From: Eledone cirrhosa
Lineage: Eukaryota
DNA: 64,000 bases
Direction of reading: 5' to 3'
NCBI GenBank assembly: GCA_964016885.1
Contig: OZ024742.1
Coordinates: forward strand, 349,928,001-349,992,000
Shown: positions 1 to 14,307 of the stretch, in pieces
Layout: every line of letters begins with the position of its first letter
How positions within the stretch are numbered: the first letter of the stretch is position 1
Position numbers and translations under genes: made by a program
The notes under the pieces: generated by a model
Seen by the model: only the letters and a program-made list of their open reading frames with translations
The model's database searches: none
Told to the model about the DNA's origin: nothing

Positions 1-3000
1 TAGAGTAGGTAGAGGGTCGGACACGATGTTAGGGTGGTGGATTGGTAGAGTCGGTAGAGGGTCGGACACTATGTTAGGGTGGTGGATCGGCAGAGTTGGT
101 GGAGTCTCAGACACTATGTTAGGGTGGTGGATTGGTAGAGTGGGGAGAGGGTCTGACACGATGTTAGGGTGGTGGATTGGTAGAGTCGGTAGAGGGTCGG
201 ACACCATGTTAGGGTGGTGGATCGGCCAAGTCGGTAGAGAGTCGGACATGATATTAGGGTGGTGTATTGTCAGAGTTGGTAGAGGGTCGGACACGATGTT
301 AGGGTGGTGGAGTGGCAGAGTCGGTAGAGGGTCGGACACGATGTTAGGGTGGTGAATTGGCCAAGTCGGTAGAGGGTCGCACACGATGTTAGGGTGGTGG
401 ATTAGCAGAGTCGGTAGAGGGTCGGACACGATGTTAGGGTGGTGGATTGGTAGAGTCGGAAGAGGGTCGGACACTATGTTAGGGTGGTGGATTGGTAGAG
501 TCGGTAGAGGGTCGGACACGATGTTAGGATGGTGGATTGGTAGAGTCGGTAGAGGGTCGGACTCGATGTTAGGGTGGTGGATTGGCAGAGTCGGTAGAGG
601 GTCGGACACTATGTTAGGGTGGTGGATTGGTAGAGTCGGCAGAGGGTCGGACTAAATGTTAGGGTGGTGGATTGGCAGAGTCAGTAGAGGGTCGCACACG
701 ATGTTAGGGTGGTGGATTAGCAGAGTCGGTAGAGGGTCGGACACGATGTTAGGGTGGTGGATTGGTAGAGTCGGTAGAGGGTCGGACACGATGTTAGGGT
801 GGTGGATTGGCCAAGTCGGTAGAGGGTCACACACGATGTTAGGGTGGTGGATTAGCAGAGTCGGTAGAGGGTCGGACACGATGTTAGGGTGGTGGATTGG
901 TAGAGTCGGTAGAGGGTCGGACACTCTGTTAGGGTGGTGGATTGGTAGAGTCGGAAGAGGGGCGGACACGATGTTAGGGTGGTGGATTTAAGAGTCGGTA
1001 GAGGGTCGCACACGATCTTAGGGTGGTGGATTGGCCAAGTAGGTGTAGGGTCGGACACGATGTTAGGATGGTGGACTGGCTAAGTTGGTAGAGAGTCGGA
1101 CACGATGTTAGGGTGGTGGATTGTTAGAGTCGGTAGAGGGTCGGACACGTTGTTAGGGTGGTGGATTGGTAGAGGCGGTAGAGGGTCGGACACAATGTTA
1201 GGGTGGTGGATTTAAGAGTCGGTAGAGGGTCGGACACGATGTTAGGGTGGTGGATTGGTAGAGTCGGTAGAGGGTCGGACACGATGTTAGGGTGGTGGAT
1301 TGGCAGAGTCGGTAGAGGGTCGCACACGATCTTAGGGTGGTGGATTGGAAGGGTCGGTAGAGGGTCGGACACAATGTTAGGGCGGTGGATTGGTAGAGTA
1401 GGTAGAGGGTCGGACACGATGTTAGGGTGGTGGATGGGCTAAGTTGGTAGAGGGTCGGACACGATGTTAGGGTGGTGGATTGTTAGAGTAGGTAGAGGGT
1501 CGGACACGATGTTAGGGTGGTGGATTGGTAGAGTCTGTAGAGGGTCGGACACGATGTTAGGGTGGTTGTTTGGCAGAGTTGGTGGAGTGTCGGACACTAT
1601 GTTAGGGTGGTGGATTGGTAGAGTGGGTAGAGGGTCGGACACGATGTTAGGGTGGTGGATTGGTAGAGTAGGTAGAGGGTCGGACACGATGTTAGGGTGG
1701 TGGATTGGTAGAGTCGGTAGAGGGTCGGCCACGATGTTAGGGTGGTGGATTGGCCAAGTTGGTAGAGGGTCGGACACGATGTTAGGGTGGTGGATTGTTA
1801 GAGTAGGTAGAGGGTCGGACACGATGTTAGGGTGGTGGATTGGTAGAGTCGGTAGAGGGTCGGACACGATGTTAGGGTGGTGGATTGCTAGAGTCGGTAG
1901 TGGGTCGGACACGATGTTAGGGTGGTGGATTGGCAGAGTTGGTGGAGTGTCGGACACTATGTTAGGGTGGTGGATTGGTAGAGTGGGTAGAGGGTCGGAC
2001 ACGATGTTAGGGTGGTGGATTGGTAGAGTCGGTAGAGTGTCGGACACGATGTTAGGGTGGTGGATTGGTAGAGTCGGTAGAGGGTCGGACACTATGTTAG
2101 GGTGGTGGATTGGTAGAGTCGGAAGAGGGGCGGACACGATGTTAGTGTGGTGGATTGGCCAAGTAGGTGTAGCGTCGGACACGATGTTAGGATGGTGGAC
2201 TGGCTAAGTTGGTAGAGAGTCGGACACGATGTTAGGGTGGTGGATTGGTAGAGTCGGTAGAGGGTCGGACACAATGTTAGGGTGGTGTATTTAAGAGTCG
2301 GTAGAGGGTCGGACACGTTGTTAGGGTGGTGGATTGGTAGAGGCGGTATAGGGTCGGACACAATGTTAGGGTGGTGGATTTAAGAGTCGGTAGAGGGTCG
2401 GACACGTTGTTAGGGTGGTGGATTGGTAGAGGCGGTATAGGGTCGGACACAATGTTAGGGTGGTGGATTTAAGAGTCGGTAGAGGGTCGGACACGATGTT
2501 AGGGTGGTGGATTGGTAGAGTCGGTAGAGGGTCGGACACGATGTTAGGGTGGTGGATTGGCAGAGTCGGTAGAGGGTCGCACACGATCTTAGGGTGGTGG
2601 ATTGTTAGAGTAGGTAGAGGGTCGGACACGATGTTAGGGTGGTGGATTGGTAGAGTCGGTAGAGGGTCGGACACGATGTTAGGGTGGTGGATTGCTAGAG
2701 TCGGTAGAGGGTCGGACACGATGTTAGGGTGGTGGATTGGCAGAGTTGGTGGAGTGTCGGACACTATGTTAGGGTGGTGGATTGGTAGAGTGGGTAGAGG
2801 GTCGGACACGATGTTAGGGTGGTGGATTGGTAGAGTCGGTAGAGGGTCGGACACGATGTTAGGGTGGTGGATTGGTAGAGTCGGTAGAGGGTCTGACACG
2901 ATGTTAGGGTGGTGGATTGGCCAAGTCGGTAGAGGGTCTGACACGATGTTAGGGTGGTGGATTGGTAGAGTAGGTAGAGGGTCGGACACGATGTTAGGGT

Positions 3001-6000
3001 GGTGGATTGGCCAAGTTGGTAGAGGGTCGGACACGATGTTAGGGTGGTGGATTGTTAGAGTAGGTAGAGGGTCGGACACGATGTTAGGGTGGTAGATTGG
3101 CAGAGTGGGTAGAGGGTCGGACACGATGTTAGGTTGGTGGATTGGTAAAGTCGGTAGAGGGACGGACACCATGTTAGGGTGGTGGATTGGCCAAGTCGGT
3201 AGAGAGTCGGACACGATGTTAGGGTGGTGGATTGGTAGAGTCGGTAGAGGGTCGGACACGATGTTAGGGTGGTGGATTGGCCAAGTCGGTAGAGAGTCGG
3301 ACACCATGTTAGGGTGGTGGATTGGTAGAGTCAGTAGAGGGTCGGACACGATGTTATGTTGGTGGATTGGCAGAGTCGGTAGAGGGTCGGACACTATGTT
3401 AGGGTGGTGGATTGGTAGAGTCGGTAGAAGGTCGGAGACGATATTAGGGTGGTGGATTGGTAGAGTGGGTAGAGGGTCGGACACGATGTTAGGGTGGTGG
3501 ATTGGTAGAGTCGGTAGAGGGTCGGACACGATGTTAGTGTGGTAGATTGGCAGAGTCGGTAGAGGGTCGCCACGATATTATGGTGGTGGATTGGTAGAGT
3601 CGGAAGAAGGTCGGACACGATGTTAGGGTGGTGGGTTGGTACAGTTGGTAGAGGGTCGGACACGATGTTAGGGTGGTGGATTGGTAGAGTGGGTAGAGGG
3701 TCGGACACGATGTTAGGCTGGTGGATTGTTAGAGTCGGTAGAGGGTCGGACACTATGTTAGGGTGGTGGATTGGTAGAGTCGGTAGATGGTCGGACACGA
3801 TGTTAGGGTGGTAGATTGGCAGAGTCGGTAGATGATCGGACACGATGTTAGGGTGGTGGATTGGTAGAGTCGGTAGAGGGTCGGACACTATGTTAGGGTG
3901 GTGGATTTGTAGAGTTGGTAGAGGGTCGGACACGATGTTAGGGTGGTGGATTGGTAGAGTCGGTAGAGGGTCGGACACGATGTTAGGGTGGTGGATTGGT
4001 AGAGTCGGTAGAGGGTCGGACACTATGTTAGGGTGGTGGATTGGTAGAGTCGGTAGAGGCACGGACACTATGAAAGGTGGTGTATTTATAGAGTCGGTAG
4101 AGGGTCGGACACGATGTTAGGGTGGTGGATTAGCCAAGTCGGTAGAGGGTCGGACACTATGTTAGGGTGGTGGATTGGTAGAGTCGGAAGAGGGGCGGAC
4201 ACGATGTTAGGGTGGTGGATTGGTAGAGTCGGTACAGGGTCGGACACGATGTTAGGGTGGTGGATTGGTAGAGTCGGTAGAGGGTCGGACACGATGTTAC
4301 GGTGGTGGATTGGTAGAGTCGGTAGAGGGTCGGACACGTTGTTAGGGTGGTGGATTGGTAGAGTCGGTAGAGGGTCGGACACGTTGTTAGGGTGGTGGAT
4401 TGTTAGAGTCGGTAGAAGGTCGGACACGATGTTAGGGTGGTGGATTGGTAGAGTCGGTAGAGGGTCGGACACAATGTTAGGGTGTTGGATTGGAAGAGTC
4501 GGTAGAGGGTCGGACACGATGTTAGGGTGGTGGATTGGTAGAGTCGGTACAGGGTCGGACACGATGTTAGGGTGGTGGATTGGTAGAGTCGGTAGAGGGT
4601 CGGACACGATGTTAGGGTGGTGGATTGGCAGAGTCGGTAGAGGGTCGCACACGTTCTTAGGGTGGTGGATTGGAAGAGTCGGTAGAGGGTCGGACACAAT
4701 GTTAGGGTGGTGGATTGGCCGAGTTGGTGGAGTGTCGGACACTATGTTAGGGTGGTGGATTGGTAGAGTGGGTAGAGGGTCGGTCACGATGTTAGAGTGG
4801 TGGATTGGTAGAGTAGGTAGAGGGTCGGACACGATGTTAGGGTGGTGGATTGGTAGAGTAGGTAGAGGGTCGGACACGATGTTAGGGTGGTGGATTGGCC
4901 AAGTTGGTAGAGGGTCGGACACGATGTTAGGGTGGTGGATTGTTAGAGTAGGTAGAGGGTCGGACACGATGTTAGGGTGGTGGATTGGCAGAGTTGGTGG
5001 AGTGTCGGACACTATGTTAGGGTGGTGGATTGGTACAGTCGGTAGAGGGTCGGACACGATGTTATGGTTGTGGATTGGCAGAGTCGGTAGAGGGTCGGAC
5101 ACGATGTTAGGGTGGTGGATTGGCAGAGTTGGTGGAGTGTCGGACACTATGTTAGGGTGGTGGATTGGTAGAGTGGGTAGAGGGTCGGACACGATGTTAG
5201 GTTGGTGGATTGGTAGAGTCGGTAGAGAGACGGACACCATGTCAGGGTGGTGGAGCGGCCAAGTCGGTAGAGAGTCGGACACCATGTTAGGGTGGTGGAT
5301 TGGCCAAGTCGGTAGAGGGTCGGACACGATGTTATGGTGGTTGATTGGCAGAGTCGGTAGAGGGTCGGACACTATGTTAGGGTGGTGGATTGGTAGAGTC
5401 GGTAGAAGGTCGGACACGATATTAGGGTGGTGGATTGGTAGAGTCGGTAGATGGTCGGACACGATGTTAGGGTGGTGGATTGGTAGAGTCGCTAGAGGGT
5501 CGGACACGATGTTAGGGTGGTGGATTGGTAGAGTCGGTAGATGGTCGGACACGATGTTAGGGTGGTGGATTGGTAGAGTCGGTAGAGGGTCGGACACGAT
5601 GTTAGGGTGGTGGATTGGTAGAGTCGCTAGAGGGTCGGACACGATGTTAGGGTGGTGGATTGGCAGAGTCGGTAGATGGTCGGACACGATGTTATGGTGG
5701 TGGATTGGTAGAGTCGGTAGTGGGTCGGACACGATGTTATGGTGGTGGATTGGCAGAGTCGTTAGAGGGTTGGACACGTTGTTAGGGTGGTGGATTGTCA
5801 GAGTCGGTAAATGGTCGGACACTATGTTAGGGTGGTGGATTGGCCAAGTCCTTAGAGGGTCGGACACGATGTTATGGTGGTGGATTGGCCAAGTCGATAG
5901 AGGGTCGGACAAGATGTTAGGATTGTGGATTAGCTAAGTCGGTAGAGGGTCGGACACAATGTTAGGGTAGTGGATTTGTTGAGTCGGTAGAGGGTCGGAC

Positions 6001-9000
6001 ACGATGTTATGCTGGTGGATTGGTAGAGTCGGTAGAGGGTCGGACACTATGTTCGGGTGGTGGATTGGCCAAGTCGGTAGATGGTCAGACACCATGTTAG
6101 GGTGGTGGATTGGCAGGGTCGGTAGAGGGTCGGACACGATGTTAGGGTGGTGGATTTGCAGAGTCGGTAGAGGGTCGCCACGATATTATGGTGGTGGATT
6201 GGTAGAGAAGGAAGAGGGTCGGACACGATGTTAGGGTGGTGGGTTGGTACAGTTGGTAGAGGGTCGGACACGATGTTAGGGTGGAGATTTGGTAGAGTCG
6301 GTAGAGGGTCGGACACTATGTTAGGGTGGTGGATTGGTAGAGTCGGTAGATGGTCGGACACGATGTTAGGGTGGTAGATTGGCAGAGTCGGTAGAGGGTC
6401 GGACACGATGTTAGGGTGGTGGATTGGTAGAGTCGGTAGATGGTCGGACACTATGTTAGGGTGGTGGATTGGTAGAGTCGGTAGAGCCTCGGACACTATG
6501 TAAGGTGGTGCATTTGTAGAGTCGGTAGAGGGTGGGACACGATGTTAGGGTGGTGGATTGGCCAAGTCGGTAGAGGGTCGGGCACTATGTTAGGATGGTG
6601 GATTGGTAGAGACGGAAGAGGGGCGGACACGATGTTAGTGTGGTGGATTGGCCAAGTAGGTGGAGAGTCGGACACGATGTTAGGATGGTGGACTGGCCAA
6701 GTTGGTAGAGAGTCGGACACGATGTTAGGGTGGTAGATTGGTAGAGTCGGAGGAGGGTCGGACACGTTGTTAGGGTGGTGGATTGGCAGTGTCGGTAGAC
6801 GGTCGGACACGATGTTAGGGTGGTGGATTGGAAGAGTTGGTAGAGGGTCGGACACGATTTTAGTGCGGTGAATTGGTAGAGTCGGTAGAGGGTCCGACAC
6901 TATGTTAGGGTGGTGCATTTGTATAGTCGGTAGAGGGTCGGTCACGATGTTAGGGTGGTGGATTGGTAGAGTCGGTACAGGGTCGGACACGATGTTAGGG
7001 TTGTGGATTAGTAGAGTCGGTAGAGGGTCGGACATGATGTTAGGGTGGTGGATTGGAAGAGTCGGTAGAGGGTCGGACACGATGTTCGGGTGGTGGAGTG
7101 GCAGAGTCGGTAGAGGGTCGGACACGATGTTAGGGTGGTGGATTGGTAGAGTCGGTAGAGGCTCGGACACGATGTTAAGGTGGTGGATTGGCAGAGTTGG
7201 TAGAGGGTCGGACACGATGTTAGGGTGGTGGAGTGGTAGAGTCGGAAGAGGGTCGCACACTATGCTAGGGTGGTGAATTGGTAGAGTCGGTAGAGGGTCG
7301 GACACGATGTTTGTGTGGTGGATTGGCCAAGTAGGTGGAAGGTCGGACACGATGTTAGGGTGGTGGACTGGCCAAGTCGGTAGATGGTCGGACACGATGT
7401 TAGGGTGGTGGATTGAACAAGTCGGTAGAGGGTCGGACACGTTGTTAGGGTGGTGGATTGGCAGAGTCGGTAGAGGGTCGGACACGATGTTAGGGTGGTG
7501 GATTGGCCAAGTCGGTAGAGGGTCGGACACGTTGTTAGGGTGGTGGATTGGCAGAGTCGGTAGAGGGTCGGACACGATGTTAGGGTGGTGGATTGGAACA
7601 GTCGGTAGAGGGTCGGGCACGATGTTAGGGTGGTGGATTGGTAGAGTCGGTAGAGGGTCGGACACGATGTTAGGGTGGTGGATTGGTAGTGTCGGTAGAG
7701 GGTCGTACACGATGTTAGGGTGGTAGATTGGTATAGTCGGTAGAGGGTCGGACACGATGTTAGGGTGGTGGATTGGTAGAGTCGGTAGAGGGACGGACAC
7801 GTTGTTAGGGTGGTGGATTGATAGAGTCGGTAGAGGGTCGGACACGATGTTAGGGTGGTGGATTGGTAGAGCCAGTAGAGGGTCGGACACGATGTTAGGG
7901 TGGTGGATTGGCCAAGTAGGTGGAGGGGCGGACACGATGTTAGGGTGGTGGATTGGCTAAGTCAGTAGAGGGTCGGACACGTTGTTAGGGTGGTGGATTG
8001 GCAGGGTCGGGAGAGGGTCGGACACGATGTTAGGGTGGTGGATTGGCAGAGTCGGTAGAGGGTCGGACACGATACTATGGTGGTGGATTGGTAGAGTCGG
8101 AAGAGGGTCGGACACGATGTTAGGGTGGTGGGCTGGTACATTTGGTAGAGGGTCGGACACTATGTTAGGGTGGTAGATTGATAGAGTAGGTAGATGGTCG
8201 GACACGATGTTAGGGTGGTGGATTGGTAGAGTCGGTAGAGGGTCGGACACGATGTTAGGGTGGTGGATTGGTAGAGTCGGTAGAGGGTCGGACACGATGT
8301 TAGGGTGGTGGATTGGTAGAGTCGGTAGAGGGTCGGACACGTTGTTATGGTGGTGGATTGGAAGGGTCGGTAGAGGGTCGGATACGATGTTAGGGTGGTG
8401 GATTGGCAGAGTCGGTAGAGGGTCGGACACGATGTAAGGCTGGTGGATTGGCAGAGTCGGTAGTGGGTCGGACACGATGTTAGGGTGGTGGAATGGCCAA
8501 GTCGGTAGAGGGTCGGTCACGTTGTTAGGGTGGTGGATTGGCAGGGTCTGTAGAGGGTCGGACACGATGTTAGGGTGGTGGATTGGCAGAGTCGGTAGAG
8601 GGTCGTCACGATATTATGGTGGTGGATTGGTAGAGTCGGAAGAGGGTCGGACACGATGTTAGGGTGGTGGGTTGGTACAGTTGGTAGAGGGTCGGACACG
8701 ATGTTAGGGTGGTGGATTGGTTAGAGTCGGTAGAGGGTCTGACACGATGTTAGGGTGGTGGATTGGTAGAGTCGGTAGAGCGTCGGACACTATGTTAGGG
8801 TGGTGGATTGGTAGAGTCGGTAAAGTCTCGGACACTATGTTAGGGTGGTGCATTTGTAGAGTCGGTAGAGGGTCGGACACGATGTTAGGGTGGTGGATTG
8901 GCGAAGTAGGTGGAGTGTCGGACACGATGTTAGGGTGGTGGATTGGAAGAGTCGGTAGAGGGTCGGACACGATGTTGGGGTGGTGGATTTGTAGAGTTGG

Positions 9001-12000
9001 TAGATGGCCGGACACGCTGCTAGGGTGGTGGATTGGTAGAGTCGGTAGAGGGTCGGACTTGATGTTAGGGTGGTAGATTGGTAGAGCCGCTAGAGGGTCG
9101 GACACGTTGTTAGTGTGGTAGATTGGTAGAGTCGGTAGAGGGTCGGACACGATGTTAGGGTGGTGGATTGGTAGAGTCGGTAGAGGGTCGGACACTATGT
9201 TAGGGTGGTGGATTGGTAGAGTCGGTAGAGGGTCGGACACGATGTTAGGGTGGTGGATTGGCCTAGTCGGTAGAGGGTCGCACACTATGCTAGGGTGGTG
9301 AATTGGTAAAGTCGGTAGAGGGTCGGACACGATGTTTGTGTGGTGGATTGGCCAAGTAGGTGGAAGGTCGGACACGATGTTAGGGTGGTGGACTTGCCAA
9401 GTCGGTAGATGGTCGGACACGATGTTAGGGTGGTGGATTGAACAAGTCGGTAGAGGGTCGGACACGTTGTTAGGGTGGTGGATTGGCAGAGTCGGTAGAG
9501 GGTCGGACACGATGTTAGGGTGGTGGATTGGAAGAGTCGGTAGAGGGTCGGACACGATGTTAGGGTGGTGGATTGGTAGAGTCGGTAGAGGGTCGGACAC
9601 TATGTTAGGGTGGTGGATTTGTAGAGTTGGTAGATGGCCGGACACGCTGCTAGGGTGGTGGATTGGTAGAGTCGGTAGAGGGTCGGACACGATGTTAGGG
9701 TGGTAGATTGGTAGAGCCGGTAGAGGGTCGGACACGTTGTTAGTGTGGTAGATTGGTAGAGTCGGTAGAGGGACGGACACGTTGTTAGGGTGGTGGATTG
9801 ATAGAGTCGGTAGAGGGTCGGACACGATGTTAGGGTGGTGGATTGGTAGAGCCAGTAGAGGGTCGGACACGATGTTAGGGTGGTGGATTGGCCAAGTAGG
9901 TGGAGGGGCGGACACGATGTTAGGGTGGTGGATTGGCTAAGTCGGTAGAGGGTCGGACACGTTGTTAGGGTGGTGGATTGGCAGGGTCGGGAGAGGGTCG
10001 GACACGATGTTAGGGTGGTGGATTGGCAGAGTCGGTAGAAGGTCGGACACGATACTATGGTGGTGGATTGGTAGAGTCGGAAGAGGGTCGGACACGATGT
10101 TAGGGTGGTGGGTTGGTACATTTGGTAGAGGGTCGGACACTATGTTAGGGTGGTAGATTGGTAGAGTCGGTAGATGGTCGGACACGATTTTAGGGTGGTG
10201 GATTGGTAGAGTCGGTAGAGGGTCGGACACGATGTTAGGGTGGTGGATTGGTAGAGTCGGTAGAGGGTCGGACACGATGTTAGGGTGGTGGATTGGTAGA
10301 GTCGGTAGAGGGTCGGACACGTTGTTAGGGTGGTGGATTGGCAGGGTCTGTAGAGGGTCGGACACGATGTTAGGGTGGTGGATTGGCAGAGTCGGTAGAG
10401 GGTCGTCACGATATTATGGTGGTGGATTGGTAGAGTCGGAAGAGGGTCGGACACGATGTTAGGGTGGTGGGTTGGTACAGTTGGTAGAGGGTCGGACACG
10501 ATGTTAGGGTGGTGGATTGGTTAGAGTCGGTAGAGGGTCGGACACGATGTTAGGGTGGTGGATTGGTAGAGTCGGTAGAGCGTCGGACACTATGTTAGGG
10601 TGGTGGATTGGTAGAGTCGGTAAAGTCTCGGACACTATGTTAGGGTGGTGCATTTGTAGAGTCGGTAGAGGGTCGGACACGATGTTAGGGTGGTGGATTG
10701 GAAGAGTCGGTAGAGGGTCGGACTTGATGTTAGGGTGGTAGATTGGTAGAGCCGCTAGAGGGTCGGACACGTTGTTAGTGTGGTAGATTGGTAGAGTCGG
10801 TAGAGGGTCGGACACGATGTTAGGGTGGTGGATTGGTAGAGTCGGTAGAGGGTCGGACACTATGTTAGGGTGGTGGATTGGTAGAGTCGGTAGAGGCTCG
10901 GACACTATGTTAGGGTGGTGCATTTGTAGAGTCGGTAGAGGGTCGGACACGATGTTAGGGTGGTGGATTGGCCAAGTCGGTAGAGGGTCGCACACTATGC
11001 TAGGGTGGTGAATTGGTAAAGTCGGTAGTGGGTCGGACACGATGTTTGTGTGGTGGATTGGCCAAGTAGGTGGAAGGTCGGACACGATGTTAGGGTGGTG
11101 GACTGGCCAAGTCGGTAGATGGTCGGACACGATGTTAGGGTGGTGGATTGAACAAGTCGGTAGAGGGTCGGACACGTTGTTAGGGTGGTGGATTGGCAGA
11201 GTCGGTAGAGGGTCGGACACGATGTTAGGGTGGTGGATTGGACGAGTCGGTAGAGGGTCGGACACGATGTTAGGGTGGTGGATTGGCAGAGTCGGTATAT
11301 GGTCGGACACGATGTTAGGGTGGTGGATTGGTAGAGTCGGTAGAGGGTCGGACACTATGTTAGGGTGGTGGATTTGTAGAGTTGGTAGATGGCCGGACAC
11401 GCTGCTAGGGTGGTGGATTGGTAGAGTCGGTAGAGGGTCGGACACGATGTTAGGGTGGTAGATTGGTAGAGCCGGTAGAGGGTCGGACACGTTGTTAGTG
11501 TGGTAGATTGGTAGAGTCGGTAGAGGGTCGGACACGATGTTAGGGTGGTGGATTGGTAGAGTCGGTAGAGGGTCGGACACTATGTTAGGGTGGTGGATTG
11601 GTAGAGTCGTTAGAGGCTCGGACACTATGTTAGGGTGGTGCATTTGTAGAGTCGGTAGAGGGTCGGACACGATACTAGGGTGGTGGATTGGCCAAGTCTG
11701 TAGAGGGTCGCACACTATGCTAGGGTGGTGAATTGGTAGAGTCGGTAGAGGGTCGGACACGATGTTTGTGTGGTGGATTGGCCAAGTAGGTGGAAGGTCG
11801 GACACGATGTTAGTGTGGTGGACTGGCCAAGTCGGTAGATGGTCGGACACGATGTTAGGGTGGTGGATTGAACAAGTCGGTAGAGGGTCGGACACGTTGT
11901 TAGGGTGGTGGATTGGCAGAGTCGGTTGAGGGTCGGATACGATGTTAGGGTGGTGGATTGGCCAAGTCGGTAGAGGGTCGGACACGTTGTTAGGGTGGTG

Positions 12001-13738
12001 GATTGGCAGAGTCGGTAGAGCGTCGGACACGATGTTAGGGTGGTGGATTGGCCAAGTCGGTAGAGGGTCGGGCACGATGTTAGGGTGGTGGATTGGTAGA
12101 GTCGGTAGAGGGTCGGACACGATGTTAGGGTGGTGGATTGGTAGTGTCGGTAGAGGGTCGGACACGATGTTAGGGTGGTAGATTGGTAGAGTCGGTAGAG
12201 GGTCGGACACGATGTTAGGGTGGTGGATTGGTAGAGTCGTTAGAGGGACGGACACGTTGTTAGGGTGGTGGATTGATAGAGTCGGTAGAGGGTCGGACAC
12301 GATGTTAGGGTGGTGGATTGGTAGAGCCAGTAGAGGGTCGGACACGATGTTAGGGTGGTGGATTGGCCAAGTAGGTGGAGGGTCGGACACGATGTTAGGG
12401 TGGTGGATTGGCCAAGTCGGTAGAGTGTCGGACACGTTGTTAGGGTGGTGGATTGGCAGGGTCGGGAGAGGGTCGGACACGATGTTAGGGTGGTGGATTG
12501 GCAGAGTCGGTAGAGGGTCGGACACGATACTATAGTGGTGGATTGGTAGAGTCGGAAGAGGGTCGGACACGATGTTAGGGTGGTGGGTTGGTACATTTGG
12601 TAGAGGGTCGGACACTATGTTAGGGTGGTAGATTGGTAGAGTCGGTAGATGGTCCGACACGATGTTAGGGTGGTGGATTGGTAGAGTCGGTAGAGGGTCG
12701 GACACGATGTTAGGGTGGTGGATTGGTAGAGTCGGTAGAGGGTCGGACACGTTGTTAGGGTGGTGGATTGGAAGGGTCGGTAGAGGGTCGGATACGATGT
12801 TAGGGTGGTGGATTGGCAGAGTCGGTAGAGGGTCGGACACGATGTAAGGGTGGTGGATTGGCAGAGTCGGTAGAGGGTCGGACACGATGTTAGGGTGGTG
12901 GAATGGCCAAGTCGGTAGAGGGTCGGACACGTTGTTAGGGTGGTGGATTGGCAGGGTCTGTAGAGGGTCGGACACGATGTTAGGGTGGTGGATTGGCAGA
13001 GTCGGTAGAGGGTCGTCACGATATTATGGTGGTGGATTGGTAGAGTCGAAAGAGGGTCGGACACGATGTTAGGGTGGTGGGTTGGTACAGTTGGTAGAGG
13101 GTCGGACACGATGTTAGGGTGGTGGATTGGTAGAGTCGGTAGAGGGTCGGACACGATGTTAGGGTGGTGGATTGGTAGAGTCGGTAGAGCGTCGGACACT
13201 ATGTTAGGGTGGTGGATTGGTAGAGTCGGTAAAGTCTCGGACACTATGTTAGGGTGGTGCATTTGTAGAATCGGTAGAGGGTCGGACACGATGTTAGGGT
13301 GGTGGATTGGCCAAGTCGGTAGAGGGTCGGACACGTTGTTAGGGTGGTGGATTGGCAGAGTCCGTAGAGGGTCGGACACGATGTTAGGGTGGTGGACTGG
13401 CCAAGTTGGTAGGGTGTCGGACACGATGTTAGGGTGGTAGATTGGTAGAGTCGCTAGAGGGTCGGACACGATGTTAGGGTGGTGGATTGGCCAAGTCGGT
13501 AGATGGTCGGACACGATGTTAGGGTGGTGGATTGAACAAGTCGGTAGAGGGTCGGACACGTTGTTAGGGTGGTGGATTGGCAGAGTCGGTAGAGGGTCGG
13601 ACACGATGTTAGGGTGGTGGATTGGCCAAGTCGGTAGAGGGTCGGACACGATGTTAGGGTGGTGGATTGGTAGAGTCGGTAGAGGGTCGGACACGATGTT
13701 AGGGTGGTGGATTGGTAGAGTCGGTAGAGGGTAGGACA
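1..13738 (+). repeat. 45-bp satellite array, left part (consensus GATGTTAGGGTGGTGGATTGGTAGAGTCGGTAGAGGGTCGGACAC), about 305 units, open at window start
   Basis: Continuous 45-nt periodicity read directly. The repetitive 15-aa ORFs (MLGWWIGRVGRGSDT) reflect 45 nt = 15 codons. Confidence 0.98.
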
Positions 13739-14291
13739 TGTAGTGACCTACATTCCGCGGGCTCACATACATTCTCTGTGCGTGATTTGGCTCAGTTCAG
13801 CCAATCAGCGCCAGTAGAAGAGGACGTATCCCTACGCGCCCTGAGGAAGAAATTCACCGCGAAGATTTGAAGAATCTCGCTCTTGTACCAGAAACTTCGA
13901 GCCAGCAATACGCATAATGTAACAGTGAGATATTGCACCACTAGCCTCGCCGGCTTAACGTCGCAATGGCACATTCCATTTTGTAACCTCTTTGTATCTG
14001 TAACTTCAACCATATAAATAAACAAACATTTCATCTCTAATTACTGCGGTTGAAGTCGTTGTTATGTTACTCGTGTCTCAATAACATCTTTAATCCATGC
14101 TGCTGGAATTGGCGACCTGACGAAAGGAATATTGTAAATAGATGGTAAATAGATCGAGGGACCTTCCCTCACGTCTATGTCAACAAGATAATCCAACGAG
14201 GATACTATCACTTATCACACTGGCAACTAACGACCACTGATTCTACCACCCTGCTAAAGTGGCGATAACATCTATAACTAATACTGCTAAA
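13739..14291 (+). repeat. 5' LTR
   Basis: TGTAGTGACCTACATT...ACTGCTAAA; contains AATAAA near 14017; matches 15872-16423 with few substitutions and a 1-bp indel. Confidence 0.93.
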
Positions 14292-14292
14292 G

Positions 14293-14307
14293 TGGTGACC
14301 CCGACGT
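14293..14307 (+). other. Primer-binding site complementary to the tRNA-Trp 3' end
   Basis: TGGTGACCCCGACGT, 1 nt after the LTR; matches the first 15 nt of the tRNA-Trp PBS known from avian leukosis/sarcoma viruses. Confidence 0.88.
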